DNA of 64,000 nucleotides from contig OY843751.1 in NCBI GenBank assembly GCA_963693055.1, positions 3,072,001 through 3,136,000 of the forward strand, given 5' to 3'. The position numbers and the translations under genes were made by a program. Positions 1-10,013 of this stretch are shown here, in pieces (the stretch's first letter is position 1; the number at the start of each line of letters is the position of its first letter). This stretch comes from a bacterium. Lineage in GTDB: Bacteria; Zhuqueibacterota; Zhuqueibacteria; Residuimicrobiales; Krinioviventaceae. A model generated the notes under the pieces. The model was not told the origin of the DNA, ran no database searches, and worked only from the letters and a program-made list of their open reading frames with translations.

Positions 1-426
1 TTTGACAATTTTACCACTAACTTCAGCTTCAATTTCATTCATCAATTTCATAGCTTCAATAATACACAAAACTTTACCTTGCGAAATGACATCACCTTCT
101 TTAATATAAGGTTGCGCATCAGGTGCGGGTGAACGGTAAAATGTACCAACCATGGGAGCCTTAATCTCAATAGTATTGGAAGATTCTACCGGAGCAGCAA
201 CTTCTGTTGCGGCAGGTGCTTGTGACGGTGCAGCAGGTGCTTCTTGCTGCACAACAGGGACTGGTGCTTGTACTTGAACAGGTGAAACAGCAGGGGTTAC
301 AGCTGTTACATGAGTAGCTGTTTTGCTGATTCTGATTTTACCCCAAAACCACCGAGTAATCTCTATTTCACCAACAGTGCTGCTTTCAACAATTTTTACG
401 AGTTCACGAATTTCTTTGGCTCGCAT
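1..426 (-). CDS. accB: Acetyl-CoA carboxylase biotin carboxyl carrier protein (3' end beyond window; not in ORF track)
   Basis: Translated by hand from ATG at 426: [23 protein letters not shown], an Ala/Pro-rich linker, then [15 protein letters not shown] and [14 protein letters not shown] (biotinylation AMK motif). Follows efp. Confidence 0.95.
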   Translation of the reverse strand, partial: MRAKEIRELVKIVESSTVGEIEITRWFWGKIRISKTATHVTAVTPAVSPVQVQAPVPVVQQEAPAAPSQAPAATEVAAPVESSNTIEIKAPMVGTFYRSPAPDAQPYIKEGDVISQGKVLCIIEAMKLMNEIEAEVSGKIVK

Positions 427-449
427 TGTAACTCCTTCAATAAATTCGA

Positions 450-1010
450 TTATTTGACACGTTCCATGTATTGACCAGTACGTGTATCGATTTTAAGCAT
501 TTCTCCTTCTTCGATGAACAATGGAACCTGAACGGAGCCACCTGTTTCCATTACAGCTTTTTTAGTTGCACCAGAAACCGTATCACCTTTCATTCCCGGT
601 TCTGTTTCTGCAACCTTGAGTTCAACAAAGTTAGGCATTTCAGCACCAATTGGAGTATCACCATCCATTAAAATACTGATAGTTTCACCTTCTTTAAGAA
701 AATCACTTCCCGGCTGCAACATATGTACTTCTAAACCTAATTGTTCATAGGTTTCGTTATCCATACAAATTAATTGCTCGCCTTCACGATACAAAAATTG
801 CATCATACGACGTTCAACACGTACATCTTCAACTTTTTCACCACTACGAAAAGTTTTTTCCAAAACTTTACCAGTTTTCAAGTTTTTAATTTTGGTTCTT
901 ATAAAGGCGCTGCCGCGTCCCATTTTTACATGTTGAAATTCGGTTATAGTAAACAGATCACCATCGATTTTAATGATTAAACCGGTACGAAAATCTGATG
1001 TTGAGGCCAT
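450..1010 (-). CDS. efp: Translation elongation factor P
   Basis: [14 protein letters not shown] loop, [29 protein letters not shown]. Confidence 0.97.
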   Translation of the reverse strand: MASTSDFRTGLIIKIDGDLFTITEFQHVKMGRGSAFIRTKIKNLKTGKVLEKTFRSGEKVEDVRVERRMMQFLYREGEQLICMDNETYEQLGLEVHMLQPGSDFLKEGETISILMDGDTPIGAEMPNFVELKVAETEPGMKGDTVSGATKKAVMETGGSVQVPLFIEEGEMLKIDTRTGQYMERVK

Positions 1011-1031
1011 AAATAATAATTCCTTTTTTAA

Positions 1032-2477
1032 TTAACGTCTACTTTCAAGTTTGCTTTTTAATATTTCATTAACACTTTTGGGATTCGCCTTACCTTGCGA
1101 AGCCCGCATGATCTGCCCAACCAGGAATCCTATAACTTTTTCTTTTCCAGCTAAATAGGCTTCTACTTCGTTGGGATTTTCATCAAGTATCTTTTCTACC
1201 AATTGCTCAAGCTCACCAGTATCTGAAATCTGAACCAGTCCTTCTTCTTCAATAATTACTTGAGGTTTTTTGCCGGAATTGGCACAAATCTCAAAAACTT
1301 TACGTCCAATTTTCACACTAATTTTATCTTGGTCAACCAGTTGAATAATTTCTGCGAGATATTCAGGTGTTACTTTTAATTCTGAAATAAAAAGTTGATT
1401 TTCATGCAATGTTCTTAAAACATCGCCCATCACCCAATTACTGGCAGCTTTTTTATCTTTAACATTTTCAGCCAATTTTTCATAATAATCTGCAATTGCC
1501 AAATCATCGGTCAGGATAGATGCATCATATTCAGGCAATGCAAATTCATCAACAAAACGCTGTTTCTTAACATCAGGCAATTCAGGCAATAATTTCTTGA
1601 CACTATCAATCCAATCTTGCTTGATAACTACCGGAAGCAAATCCGGTTCAGGGAAATATCTGTAATCATGCGCGTATTCTTTACTACGCATAGGTTCAAC
1701 ACAATTCTTGTTTGCATTCCACAAGAGGGTTTGCTGTTGAATACTTGCACCATCTTCCAACACTGCTATTTGTCTGCGTATTTCATATTCCAAAGCTTTT
1801 TCTACCGCGCTAATGGAATTCATGTTTTTCAATTCTGTTTTGGTTCCCAGTTTGGTTTCACCGCGTTTTCTGATGGAAATATTCGCATCGCAGCGCATAC
1901 TTCCCTCTTCCATATTTCCATCACAAATTCCAAGATACCTTACAATCTGACGCAACTTTGTCAGATAAGCAGATACCTGAGAAGGTGAACGAAAATCCGG
2001 CTCACTTACCATTTCCAACAGAGGTACACCACATCGGTTAATATCCACCAGTGACTCGTCTCGAGCCACATAAGATTCCGAGTGCATAGACTTGCCCGCA
2101 TCTTCTTCCAAATGAATACGCGTAATTCGTATACGGGTTGTGTCACCATTATCGGGAATATCAAGGAATCCATGTTCACAAACGGGTTGTTCATATTGTG
2201 AGATTTGATAACCTTTGGGCAAATCCGGATAAAAATAATTTTTTCTGGCGATTATAGATTTCTCATTAATTTTACAATTTGTAGCAATTGCAAGACGAAT
2301 TGCAAAATCGATAACCTTTTTATTCAATACTGGCAAAACACCGGGCATTCCCAAACAAACAGGACAAACCTGTGAGTTAGGATCAGCACCAAATTTTGCA
2401 CTACAGGAACAAAATATTTTAGTGTTCGTCAATAACTGTATATGTACTTCAAGACCTATAACAGCTTCATAATCCAT
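1032..2477 (-). CDS. gatB: Asp/Glu-tRNA(Asn/Gln) amidotransferase subunit B
   Basis: YEAVIGLEVH, RKNYFYPDLPKGYQISQ, HLEEDAGK, YRYFPEPDL. Confidence 0.98.
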   Translation of the reverse strand: MDYEAVIGLEVHIQLLTNTKIFCSCSAKFGADPNSQVCPVCLGMPGVLPVLNKKVIDFAIRLAIATNCKINEKSIIARKNYFYPDLPKGYQISQYEQPVCEHGFLDIPDNGDTTRIRITRIHLEEDAGKSMHSESYVARDESLVDINRCGVPLLEMVSEPDFRSPSQVSAYLTKLRQIVRYLGICDGNMEEGSMRCDANISIRKRGETKLGTKTELKNMNSISAVEKALEYEIRRQIAVLEDGASIQQQTLLWNANKNCVEPMRSKEYAHDYRYFPEPDLLPVVIKQDWIDSVKKLLPELPDVKKQRFVDEFALPEYDASILTDDLAIADYYEKLAENVKDKKAASNWVMGDVLRTLHENQLFISELKVTPEYLAEIIQLVDQDKISVKIGRKVFEICANSGKKPQVIIEEEGLVQISDTGELEQLVEKILDENPNEVEAYLAGKEKVIGFLVGQIMRASQGKANPKSVNEILKSKLESRR

Positions 2478-2491
2478 TCGTGTATCCGATA

Positions 2492-3931
2492 TTATTTGTT
2501 CGAGTTAAATCTTTTATCAATAAAATCAGCAGCCCATAACAAAGTAGGCTCATCAAAAGGTTTTCCAATCAACTGTACACCAATTGGTAAACCATCAGCA
2601 TCTTTACCGCAAGGTACAGAAATACCTGGCAATCCCGCGAGATTTACAGAAACAGTAAACACATCTGACAAATACATGGTTAGGGGATCATCAACTTTTT
2701 CACCAATTTTAAATGCGGTAGTTGGAGAAGTTGGGGTTAACAGACAATCAACAGATTCAAACGCTTTATCAAAATCATTTTTAATATTGGTTCTAACTTT
2801 TTGGGCTTTGAGATAATATGCGTCATAATAACCTGAAGAAAGCACATAAGTACCAAGCATAATACGTCTTTTTACTTCATTACCAAAACCCATTGTACGA
2901 CTGTTCACATACATGGATTCTAAATCAGAAGCATCTTCATCTCTGTAACCATAGCGTACACCATCATATCTCGCAAGGTTTGCCGAAGCCTCAGCAGTAG
3001 CAACAATATAATAAGCTGCAATAGCATACTCTGTATGTGGCAGAGAAATTTCTTTAACCTCTGCCCCTGACTGTTCCAGTTCTTTAATTACTTTTTGAAT
3101 CTGATCAGAGACCTGCTGATTCACGCCACCTGTAAAATACTCTTTAGGCAGGCCAATTCTTAATCCTTTAACATCTTTGCCCAATAAAGCAGAATAATCC
3201 GGAATTTCTATATTCGCAGCAGTAGAATCCTTTTCATCATGACCGGCAAGTACCTGAAGCAGTAATGCAGTATCAGTTACATTTTTAGAAAACGGTCCAA
3301 TTTGATCTAATGACGATGCATAAGCAACAAGTCCAAAACGTGATACCAAACCATAAGTAGGCTTTAAACCAATCACCCCACAAAAAGATGCAGGTTGACG
3401 AATTGAACCACCAGTATCTGTACCCAAAGAGCCCATACAAAGATCAGCAGCTACTGCAGCAGCAGAACCACCTGACGATCCACCAGGCACACGGGTTTTA
3501 TCATGAGGATTTCTAACGGGCTTGTAATGCGAATTTTCGTTTGATGAACCCATGGCGAATTCATCCATATTGGTTTTACCAATAAAAATTGCATCCTGTT
3601 GCGCAAGCTTTTCAATCACAGTGGCGTTATAAGGGGATTTGAAATTATTCAATATTTTAGATCCACAAGTAGTGGTACCATTGGCCATAACTAACAAATC
3701 CTTAATACCCAGCACCATTCCTGCTAACGCACCTGCTTTTCCCTTTTCAATTTTACTATCAACAAGCTTTGCCTGTTCGATAGCCTGTTCAGGAAAAACA
3801 GAAATAAAGGCATTAAGATCCTTATTTTGCTCGATCTGATTTAGGTAATATTCAGTTAGTTCTACACAACGAATTTCACGGTTTAGAAATAATTGTCTTT
3901 GACTGGAATAATCCAGATTGGCAAATGTCAA
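2492..3931 (-). CDS. gatA: Glu-tRNA(Gln) amidotransferase subunit A
   Basis: GKTNMDEFAMGSS, PGGSSGGSAAAVA, GTDTGGSIRQPAS, NLARYDGVRYG. Confidence 0.98.
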   Translation of the reverse strand: MTFANLDYSSQRQLFLNREIRCVELTEYYLNQIEQNKDLNAFISVFPEQAIEQAKLVDSKIEKGKAGALAGMVLGIKDLLVMANGTTTCGSKILNNFKSPYNATVIEKLAQQDAIFIGKTNMDEFAMGSSNENSHYKPVRNPHDKTRVPGGSSGGSAAAVAADLCMGSLGTDTGGSIRQPASFCGVIGLKPTYGLVSRFGLVAYASSLDQIGPFSKNVTDTALLLQVLAGHDEKDSTAANIEIPDYSALLGKDVKGLRIGLPKEYFTGGVNQQVSDQIQKVIKELEQSGAEVKEISLPHTEYAIAAYYIVATAEASANLARYDGVRYGYRDEDASDLESMYVNSRTMGFGNEVKRRIMLGTYVLSSGYYDAYYLKAQKVRTNIKNDFDKAFESVDCLLTPTSPTTAFKIGEKVDDPLTMYLSDVFTVSVNLAGLPGISVPCGKDADGLPIGVQLIGKPFDEPTLLWAADFIDKRFNSNK

Positions 3932-3963
3932 AATTGTTTCCTCTATATTATCCGATTTTGTAA

Positions 3964-4164
3964 TTATTCAGTTTTTTCTTTATCTTCAGTCTTGGTCTTT
4001 TCAGATTTTCCCTTTTCTTCATCATAATCGCCATTGGTAGCACGTTTGAATTCATTAATACCTTTACCCAAACCTTTTGCTAAATCAGGAAGTTTTTTAG
4101 CACCAAAAAGAAGAATAATAATGAATAATATAATAATCAGCTCAGGGCCGCTTGGCATTCCCAT
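3964..4164 (-). CDS. tatA: Twin-arginine translocase TatA/E subunit
   Basis: [35 protein letters not shown]. Confidence 0.93.
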   Translation of the reverse strand: MGMPSGPELIIILFIIILLFGAKKLPDLAKGLGKGINEFKRATNGDYDEEKGKSEKTKTEDKEKTE

Positions 4165-4195
4165 GTTGTTCCTCCAGAAAGTTATTCAGGTTTAA

Positions 4196-4372
4196 TTATT
4201 TAATATCGTCAGATATATCTATTTCTCTCTTGACATCATCAGCTGCTTTTTTAAATTCCCGCATACTTTTGCCGATTCCGCGGGCCAACTCTGGTAATCT
4301 TTTTGATCCAAATAATAACAAAACCACAACCATGATTACCATCATTTCCGGCATTCCAATTGCTGGAAACAT
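4196..4372 (-). CDS. tatA: Second TatA/E (or TatB-like) subunit, 58 aa (not in ORF track)
   Basis: Translated by hand: MFPAIGMPEMMVIMVVVLLLFGSKRLPELARGIGKSMREFKKAADDVKREIDISDDIK*. GGAGG SD upstream. Confidence 0.9.
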   Translation of the reverse strand: MFPAIGMPEMMVIMVVVLLLFGSKRLPELARGIGKSMREFKKAADDVKREIDISDDIK

Positions 4373-4418
4373 TATATACCTCCAAAAAAAAAATCAGTTC
4401 ATATCAAATTCAACACAG

Positions 4419-4447
4419 AATATATTGTAGTTTTATATTAATTGCAA
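4419..4447 (-). promoter_or_regulatory. Putative sigma70-type promoter for tatA-tatA-gatAB-efp-accB
   Basis: TTGCAA-N17-TATATT on the minus strand. Confidence 0.55.
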
Positions 4448-4472
4448 GTGAAAGTTTGTCTATGAAAAAGAA

Positions 4473-4739
4473 TCAAAAATACCACCGCACAATATATGCA
4501 GCAACGATCAACCCTATCACTCCAATTATATTTAACTTAAACGTAAAACCTAATGTAAAGGTCATTAATACCAGGTTTAGTGTTACCGGAGAAAATCCAA
4601 TACTAATTGAACGTGTAAAAAAATCTTTAACAACACCTCCTGGCAAAATCACAGAAACCAATTCACCTAATACACCACCAATAATAGCTCCAAGGAATAT
4701 AGCTAAAATTAACCACCCAATTGTCAGTTTACGTGCCAT
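4473..4739 (-). CDS. DUF4321-type small membrane protein
   Basis: GAIIGGVLGE...LNLVLMTFTLGFTFKLNIIGVIG pattern; GGAG SD. Confidence 0.75.
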   Translation of the reverse strand: MARKLTIGWLILAIFLGAIIGGVLGELVSVILPGGVVKDFFTRSISIGFSPVTLNLVLMTFTLGFTFKLNIIGVIGLIVAAYIVRWYF

Positions 4740-4759
4740 AATTAAACTCTCCAGACATT

Positions 4760-5488
4760 TTATTGTTCACTATCAGTGTGATTATTTGCAACGAATAAAC
4801 TTGATTGCAAATACAAAAAAGGTCCGGAAACAAGGTAAATCAGCATAACAATTGCAAGAGAAAATGATGGGAAAATAATTAAAAACATAATCGACACGAT
4901 CAATATCATTAATTTTATTCTATTTGGCCCCTTTTCTCTCAAATTAAATTTGGGATACCCGTCATAAGGAATTGTACTTGCCATCAATAAACTTATTATA
5001 GGAACAATAACAACCATTCCGCGTAATAAAAATTCCCAACTTGTTTTATCATAAAAAATGATTATACTGGAAATTGAAACAGCAGCCATGGGTGCTGGCA
5101 ATCCAAAGTAATTCCGCTTATTACCATTTTCTCGAGATAATACATTAAAACGAGCCAGCCTGAATGCGGCAAACAGCAATGGCAGAAATGAAATAAATAA
5201 ACCCGGTAAACCAAGACGAATCAAATAAAATTTGTATACCAATAATGCGGGAGCCATACCGGATGAAATTAAATCGCTAAGTGAGTCCATTTCAAGCCCA
5301 AAAGTACTATTACTGTTCGTAGATCTGGCAATTTTCCCATCCAGGCCATCAAGAACGGTAGCAGCAAAGATTAGCCAGGCCGCATAAACATAATTTTCAG
5401 AAACAATTAGCGTAATAGCCAAAAAACCACAAAAAAGATTTAGAGTGGTAAATAAATTGGGGACGGTAATATATTTATTTTGTATCAT
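4760..5488 (-). CDS. pssA: CDP-diacylglycerol--serine O-phosphatidyltransferase
   Basis: PNLFTTLNLFCG, DGLDGKIAR...FGLEMDSLSD CDP-alcohol motif, RLARFN; adjacent to psd. Confidence 0.92.
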   Translation of the reverse strand: MIQNKYITVPNLFTTLNLFCGFLAITLIVSENYVYAAWLIFAATVLDGLDGKIARSTNSNSTFGLEMDSLSDLISSGMAPALLVYKFYLIRLGLPGLFISFLPLLFAAFRLARFNVLSRENGNKRNYFGLPAPMAAVSISSIIIFYDKTSWEFLLRGMVVIVPIISLLMASTIPYDGYPKFNLREKGPNRIKLMILIVSIMFLIIFPSFSLAIVMLIYLVSGPFLYLQSSLFVANNHTDSEQ

Positions 5489-6125
5489 GAATTTTTGCGA
5501 TTACGCTTTCTGCGGCACGTAAACGATCTCCAAGCTTGACTGTGGGACTTGCGGATTCCGGCAAAAAAACTTCCATGCGGGAACCAAATTTAATAATTCC
5601 AAATTTATCCCCCGCCTTGACAGTATCACCCAATACAAGATTACATACAATACGCCTTGCCACCATTCCTGTCATTTGTTTAAATGCCAGCTTACCATAC
5701 TTTGTTTCCAGGCCAACAAAAGAATGTACATTATGTGAGGAAGCTGCTGATGTATGCGCATGATAATATTTACCTCGATTGTAGGTTAAATACTCTACAC
5801 TACCTGAAAAGGGAATATAATTTACATGCACATCAAATAAAGACAAAAAAATTGATATTCGAGTTACTCTTGACTCAAAAAAAAGAGGTTCATTAACAGT
5901 AGAGATATCAATGACTTTGCCGTCTGCAGGTGAAAAAATGGCATACGGATCATCAACAGCTTTTCTGGCAGGATCTCTGAAAAAGTAGACGCTCAGTATT
6001 GTTAATAAAAAAGAAATAACAGCTAAAACAAAAATAACAATATTCTGATAATGAATACCGGTAAATAAAAGAATCAAAGAAAACAAAAAAAAACCGGCAA
6101 CTGTAGAGTATCCTTCTTTATTCAA
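5475..6125 (-). CDS. psd: Phosphatidylserine decarboxylase proenzyme
   Basis: FFRDP, SPADGKV, IFLSLFDVHVN, KFGSR self-cleavage motif. Confidence 0.93.
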   Translation of the reverse strand: MNKEGYSTVAGFFLFSLILLFTGIHYQNIVIFVLAVISFLLTILSVYFFRDPARKAVDDPYAIFSPADGKVIDISTVNEPLFFESRVTRISIFLSLFDVHVNYIPFSGSVEYLTYNRGKYYHAHTSAASSHNVHSFVGLETKYGKLAFKQMTGMVARRIVCNLVLGDTVKAGDKFGIIKFGSRMEVFLPESASPTVKLGDRLRAAESVIAKIHDTK

Positions 6126-6820
6126 CTTGACAGCTTTTCTTGTAAAAGTTCAATGTCCTGTTTAATTTTTGCTTTATCTCCGGCATTGGCTTCATTTAAA
6201 AGCATGTTATTATTTTCAACATCCATTAAATGACAGCTTTCAAGAGAAAAATCGCCAGCAAGAATAATTCGCTTATCCTCAGGTCTTCCAAACTCTAGTT
6301 TAAAATCAATAAGCTTGAGTCCTCTTCTTCTGAAATAATCTTTCAGAATCACATTAACCTTGGATGCCATTCTGTGCATTTCTTTAAGCTCTTCTTTGGA
6401 AGCATAGCCAAAAGAGACAATATGATCTTCATTGATCAACTGATCTTCCTTATCTGCTGCATGAAGGTAGAATTCAATCAAAGGACAATCTAATTCTTTT
6501 CCTTCTTCCAGTCCAAAACGGCTTACAAGACTACCCGCGGCTACATTCCTAACCAAATTGAAAACCGGAATAGACTCTATATTTTTAACAAGTAATCCTT
6601 CACCTTTTTTCTCTTTAATGAAATAAGTGCGAAGGTGATAACTTGCTAATAATTTAAAAACCTGTCCCGCAAAAGTTATGTTTAACAAACCTTTATCTTT
6701 AAATTTCTGCGGTTTGCCCTCCCCTAATGCTATCTCATCCTTGTATTCAAGAACACATTCATTAGGTTTTTCTGTTTCTAATAGTGTTGAAGATACGTTA
6801 TCTTTGATTACGTTTTTCAA
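6122..6820 (-). CDS. purC: SAICAR synthetase (PurC)-family protein, strongly divergent
   Basis: VRNVAAGSLVSRFG and LIDFKLEFG retained, downstream of purB; several catalytic motifs degenerate. Confidence 0.75.
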   Translation of the reverse strand: MKNVIKDNVSSTLLETEKPNECVLEYKDEIALGEGKPQKFKDKGLLNITFAGQVFKLLASYHLRTYFIKEKKGEGLLVKNIESIPVFNLVRNVAAGSLVSRFGLEEGKELDCPLIEFYLHAADKEDQLINEDHIVSFGYASKEELKEMHRMASKVNVILKDYFRRRGLKLIDFKLEFGRPEDKRIILAGDFSLESCHLMDVENNNMLLNEANAGDKAKIKQDIELLQEKLSS

Positions 6821-6841
6821 CTCCAGACTCCTTTAATTGAT

Positions 6842-8137
6842 TTATTGAATACCCACCCGTTTAAAGATAAAATCAACCTGATTCAATGCATTTTTCGCAT
6901 CAAAACAGTCATTTATCTGTTTAGTAGAGATTATTTTTAAAACACGTTCATCTTTTAAAAGCATTTCTTTGAAATTTAACTCTTCTTGCCAACATTTCAT
7001 AGCATTTTCTTGAACAATTTTATAAGCTTCTTCACGTGCAATACCGCCCTCTGTCAGCGCTAATAACACTGCTTGAGAAAAAATTAATCCCTTTGTAAGG
7101 TTTAAATTTGCTTTCATTTTATCCGGATAAACAACCAGATTATCTAACACTCGTGTTAATCTGGCTAAAGCATAATCAGTAATGATACAGCTGTCTGGGA
7201 AAATAACCCGTTCAACTGAAGAATGGCTAATATCCCTTTCATGCCATAGTGCAATATCTTCAAAAGCTGAGATAGAATAAGATCGAAGTAAACGTGCTGC
7301 CCCTGTCAAATTCTCAGAAGCAATGGGATTTCTTTTATGTGGCATTGCAGAGGATCCTTTTTGTCCTTTAGTAAAAGGTTCTTCTGCCTCAAGCACCTCG
7401 GTACGCTGTAAATGACGTATTTCTACAGCTATCTTTTCTATGGCACAGCCAATAAATGTGAGAGCATTAATAAATTCTGCATGAACATCTCGTTGAATCA
7501 CCTGAGTTGAAACACTTGCAGGCTCTAATTCAAGCAATTCACAAACACGTTCTTCAACTTTGGGGTCAATAAATGTAAAATTGCCAACAGCTCCGGAAAT
7601 CATCCCTACTGCAGCGGCTTTTTCAGCTTGCTTAAAGCGACGATAATTACGCTGCATTTCATCATACCACAATGCGAACTTTAAGCCAAATGATGTTGTT
7701 TCAGCATGAATACCATGACTTCTACCTACACAAGGTGTATTTTTGTGTTCAAGCGCTCGCCTTTTTAATACTTCGAGTATATTTTGAATATCCTGATCAA
7801 TAATTTTTGCTGCTTGTTTAATCTGCAACGCCAGTGCTGTATCTAACAAATCAGAAGATGTCATGCCTAAATGAATAAATCGTGAATTGGGCCCAACATA
7901 CTCTCCTACGTTGGTAAGAAATGCTATAACATCGTGCTTGACACTAGCTTCAATTTCAAGGATACGATCAACATTAAAAGAAGCTTTATCTCGAATTTCC
8001 TGGGTTATACCTTTGGGAATTCGTCCCAATTCTTCCTGTGCCTGACAAGCAGCTATCTCTACTTGTAGCCAGGTGTCAAATTTATTTTGGTCAGTCCAAA
8101 TAGAACCCATTTCTGGGCGTGTATACCTATCTATCAT
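6842..8137 (-). CDS. purB: Adenylosuccinate lyase
   Basis: MIDRYTRPEM, KHDVIAF, GSSAMPHKRNP, LWHERDISHSSVER. Confidence 0.98.
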   Translation of the reverse strand: MIDRYTRPEMGSIWTDQNKFDTWLQVEIAACQAQEELGRIPKGITQEIRDKASFNVDRILEIEASVKHDVIAFLTNVGEYVGPNSRFIHLGMTSSDLLDTALALQIKQAAKIIDQDIQNILEVLKRRALEHKNTPCVGRSHGIHAETTSFGLKFALWYDEMQRNYRRFKQAEKAAAVGMISGAVGNFTFIDPKVEERVCELLELEPASVSTQVIQRDVHAEFINALTFIGCAIEKIAVEIRHLQRTEVLEAEEPFTKGQKGSSAMPHKRNPIASENLTGAARLLRSYSISAFEDIALWHERDISHSSVERVIFPDSCIITDYALARLTRVLDNLVVYPDKMKANLNLTKGLIFSQAVLLALTEGGIAREEAYKIVQENAMKCWQEELNFKEMLLKDERVLKIISTKQINDCFDAKNALNQVDFIFKRVGIQ

Positions 8138-9339
8138 TTATTCCGCCTGTCTTTTGGAAAAGGTGCCAGTTTTACTTTAACATTAAAATATTCTCTATCA
8201 CGATAGATCTCAATATCCAGAGTATCTCCTGCTTTAAGATCTAAATTATCAATTATTGTACGAATATCGTCCGCCTGTTTAACAGCATTTGAATTGATTG
8301 ATAAAATCACATCACCAATTTGCAAGCCAGCTATTTCAGCAGGACTTTCTTTTTCAATATCGGAGATAATTGCGCCAACCGTTTTTTTCATCTTTAAATA
8401 ACGCGCAATGGTAGGCGTAACTGCATCATATTGGATACCTGTCCAATAGGTTCTGTCAACATGGCCAAAATTAATCAAGTCATTCATGATGCGCTTTACA
8501 CGGTTGATGGGAATTGCAAAACCCAGGCCGATATTAGCAGAACGGGTTTCACTTCCTGAAATGATCCACGCATTGATACCAATTACTTCACCGTTACAGT
8601 TCACCAAAGGCCCGCCGCTGTTACCGCCATTTATTGCAGCATCGGTTTGCAGCATATCTTCAAAAACACGGTCATTTTGACGGCCAAAATCCTGATCTTT
8701 CGCACTGATTACACCCACAGTAACAGTTGGCTTGGAAGAGATGTCAAATAAGCCAAAAGGATTTCCAAGGGCGATTGCCCATTCACCTATAATTACATCG
8801 TCAGAATTGCCCAAAGTGGCAAAAGGGAATGACTTGCCTTTTATCTTTAATATAGCAATATCAGAAACATAATCATCACCAACCAACTCGGCTTTGAGCT
8901 GTTCACCGCCAACAAGGGTTACAATTATTTCTGCAGCATTATCAACAACATGCTGGTTGGTTAATACATAACCTTCGGATGAAATGATAACACCAGACCC
9001 TAAACTTTGTACTTTTCTTTCTCTGGTTGGTAAATCCTGAAAAAAATGTCTAAAGAAAGGATCATTGAAAAATGGATTATTGGTATAATAGCGCTGTACC
9101 TGTGTCACATTGATTCCAACAACAGCAGGACTCACTCGCTCAACTGAACGGGTTATTGCATTATGACGTGAACTTGATACATTGTCATAACTGTGGTTGC
9201 CTGAATCATAAGGAGGTGTAGATACAGCATTAAAATTAAAATCTGAAGCGTAAACTATATTATCAGTAATTAGAATAATTACTGATAATATAGCCAAAAA
9301 AATCAAACATTCAGATTTTTTAACAAACAATTTAATCAT
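8134..9339 (-). CDS. HtrA/DegP-family serine protease with one PDZ domain (start uncertain: 9339 or 9354)
   Basis: GSGVII, TNQHVV, DIAILK, QTDAAINGGNSGGPL, C-terminal PDZ (SPAEIAGLQIGDVI), N-terminal hydrophobic segment. Confidence 0.92.
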   Translation of the reverse strand: MIKLFVKKSECLIFLAILSVIILITDNIVYASDFNFNAVSTPPYDSGNHSYDNVSSSRHNAITRSVERVSPAVVGINVTQVQRYYTNNPFFNDPFFRHFFQDLPTRERKVQSLGSGVIISSEGYVLTNQHVVDNAAEIIVTLVGGEQLKAELVGDDYVSDIAILKIKGKSFPFATLGNSDDVIIGEWAIALGNPFGLFDISSKPTVTVGVISAKDQDFGRQNDRVFEDMLQTDAAINGGNSGGPLVNCNGEVIGINAWIISGSETRSANIGLGFAIPINRVKRIMNDLINFGHVDRTYWTGIQYDAVTPTIARYLKMKKTVGAIISDIEKESPAEIAGLQIGDVILSINSNAVKQADDIRTIIDNLDLKAGDTLDIEIYRDREYFNVKVKLAPFPKDRRNK

Positions 9340-9365
9340 TCTATTCTTGAACATGGCCCAACATA

Positions 9366-10013
9366 CTAACGGTTTTGTACAGTTTCCCAATCTTTTAAAA
9401 AGCTTTCTATGCCCTTGTCTGTCAAAGGGTGTTTGATCAATTTTTCTACAATAGAAAATGGTATAGTAGCGATGTGCGCACCAATCAAAGCGGCCTCTTG
9501 AACATGCAAAGTACTGCGAATGCTTGCTACAATGATTTCGGTAGTAAAACCATAGTTTTCATAAATTTGCAAAATTTGTTCAATTAAATCCATTCCTACA
9601 TGACCTGCATCATCTAAACGGCCAACAAAAGGACAAATAAAAGAAGCACCAGCTTTTGCAGCAAGCAATGCCTGCATGGGACTAAAGATCAATGTAACTA
9701 GTGTTCTAATTCCTTCTTTTTCAAGAGCGTTCACTGCCATTAATCCATCTTGAGTTGCAGGAATTTTAATGACAATATTATCGTGAATCTTGGCCAGATT
9801 CAGGCTTTCGGCAATAATTTCATCAGCATCAAGACTCACCGCTTCTACGCAAACCGGGCCATCTACAATCTCGCATATGGATTTATAAATTTCTTCAGGA
9901 GAACCATTTTCTTTTGCCAATAAAGTAGGATTGGTAGTAACACCGTCAATCACTCCAAGTGCTGCTGCCTTTTCAATTTCTTCAACATTGGCTGTATCAA
10001 TAAAAAACTTCAT
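9366..10013 (-). CDS. tal: Transaldolase (small TalC/FSA-type)
   Basis: True start MKFFIDTAN at 10013; GVTTNP, IKIP Schiff-base Lys, [16 protein letters not shown]. Confidence 0.9.
   Translation of the reverse strand: MKFFIDTANVEEIEKAAALGVIDGVTTNPTLLAKENGSPEEIYKSICEIVDGPVCVEAVSLDADEIIAESLNLAKIHDNIVIKIPATQDGLMAVNALEKEGIRTLVTLIFSPMQALLAAKAGASFICPFVGRLDDAGHVGMDLIEQILQIYENYGFTTEIIVASIRSTLHVQEAALIGAHIATIPFSIVEKLIKHPLTDKGIESFLKDWETVQNR

Noticed and set aside
4384-4393. A10 homopolymer as a phase-variation switch for tatA
   Set aside because: It lies in the 5' UTR rather than the promoter spacer or a CDS, and poly-A/T runs are frequent in this genome
4360-4848. 162-aa plus-strand ORF (and 4152-4430)
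   Set aside because: Antisense shadows of the DUF4321 and tatA genes; no recognisable motif
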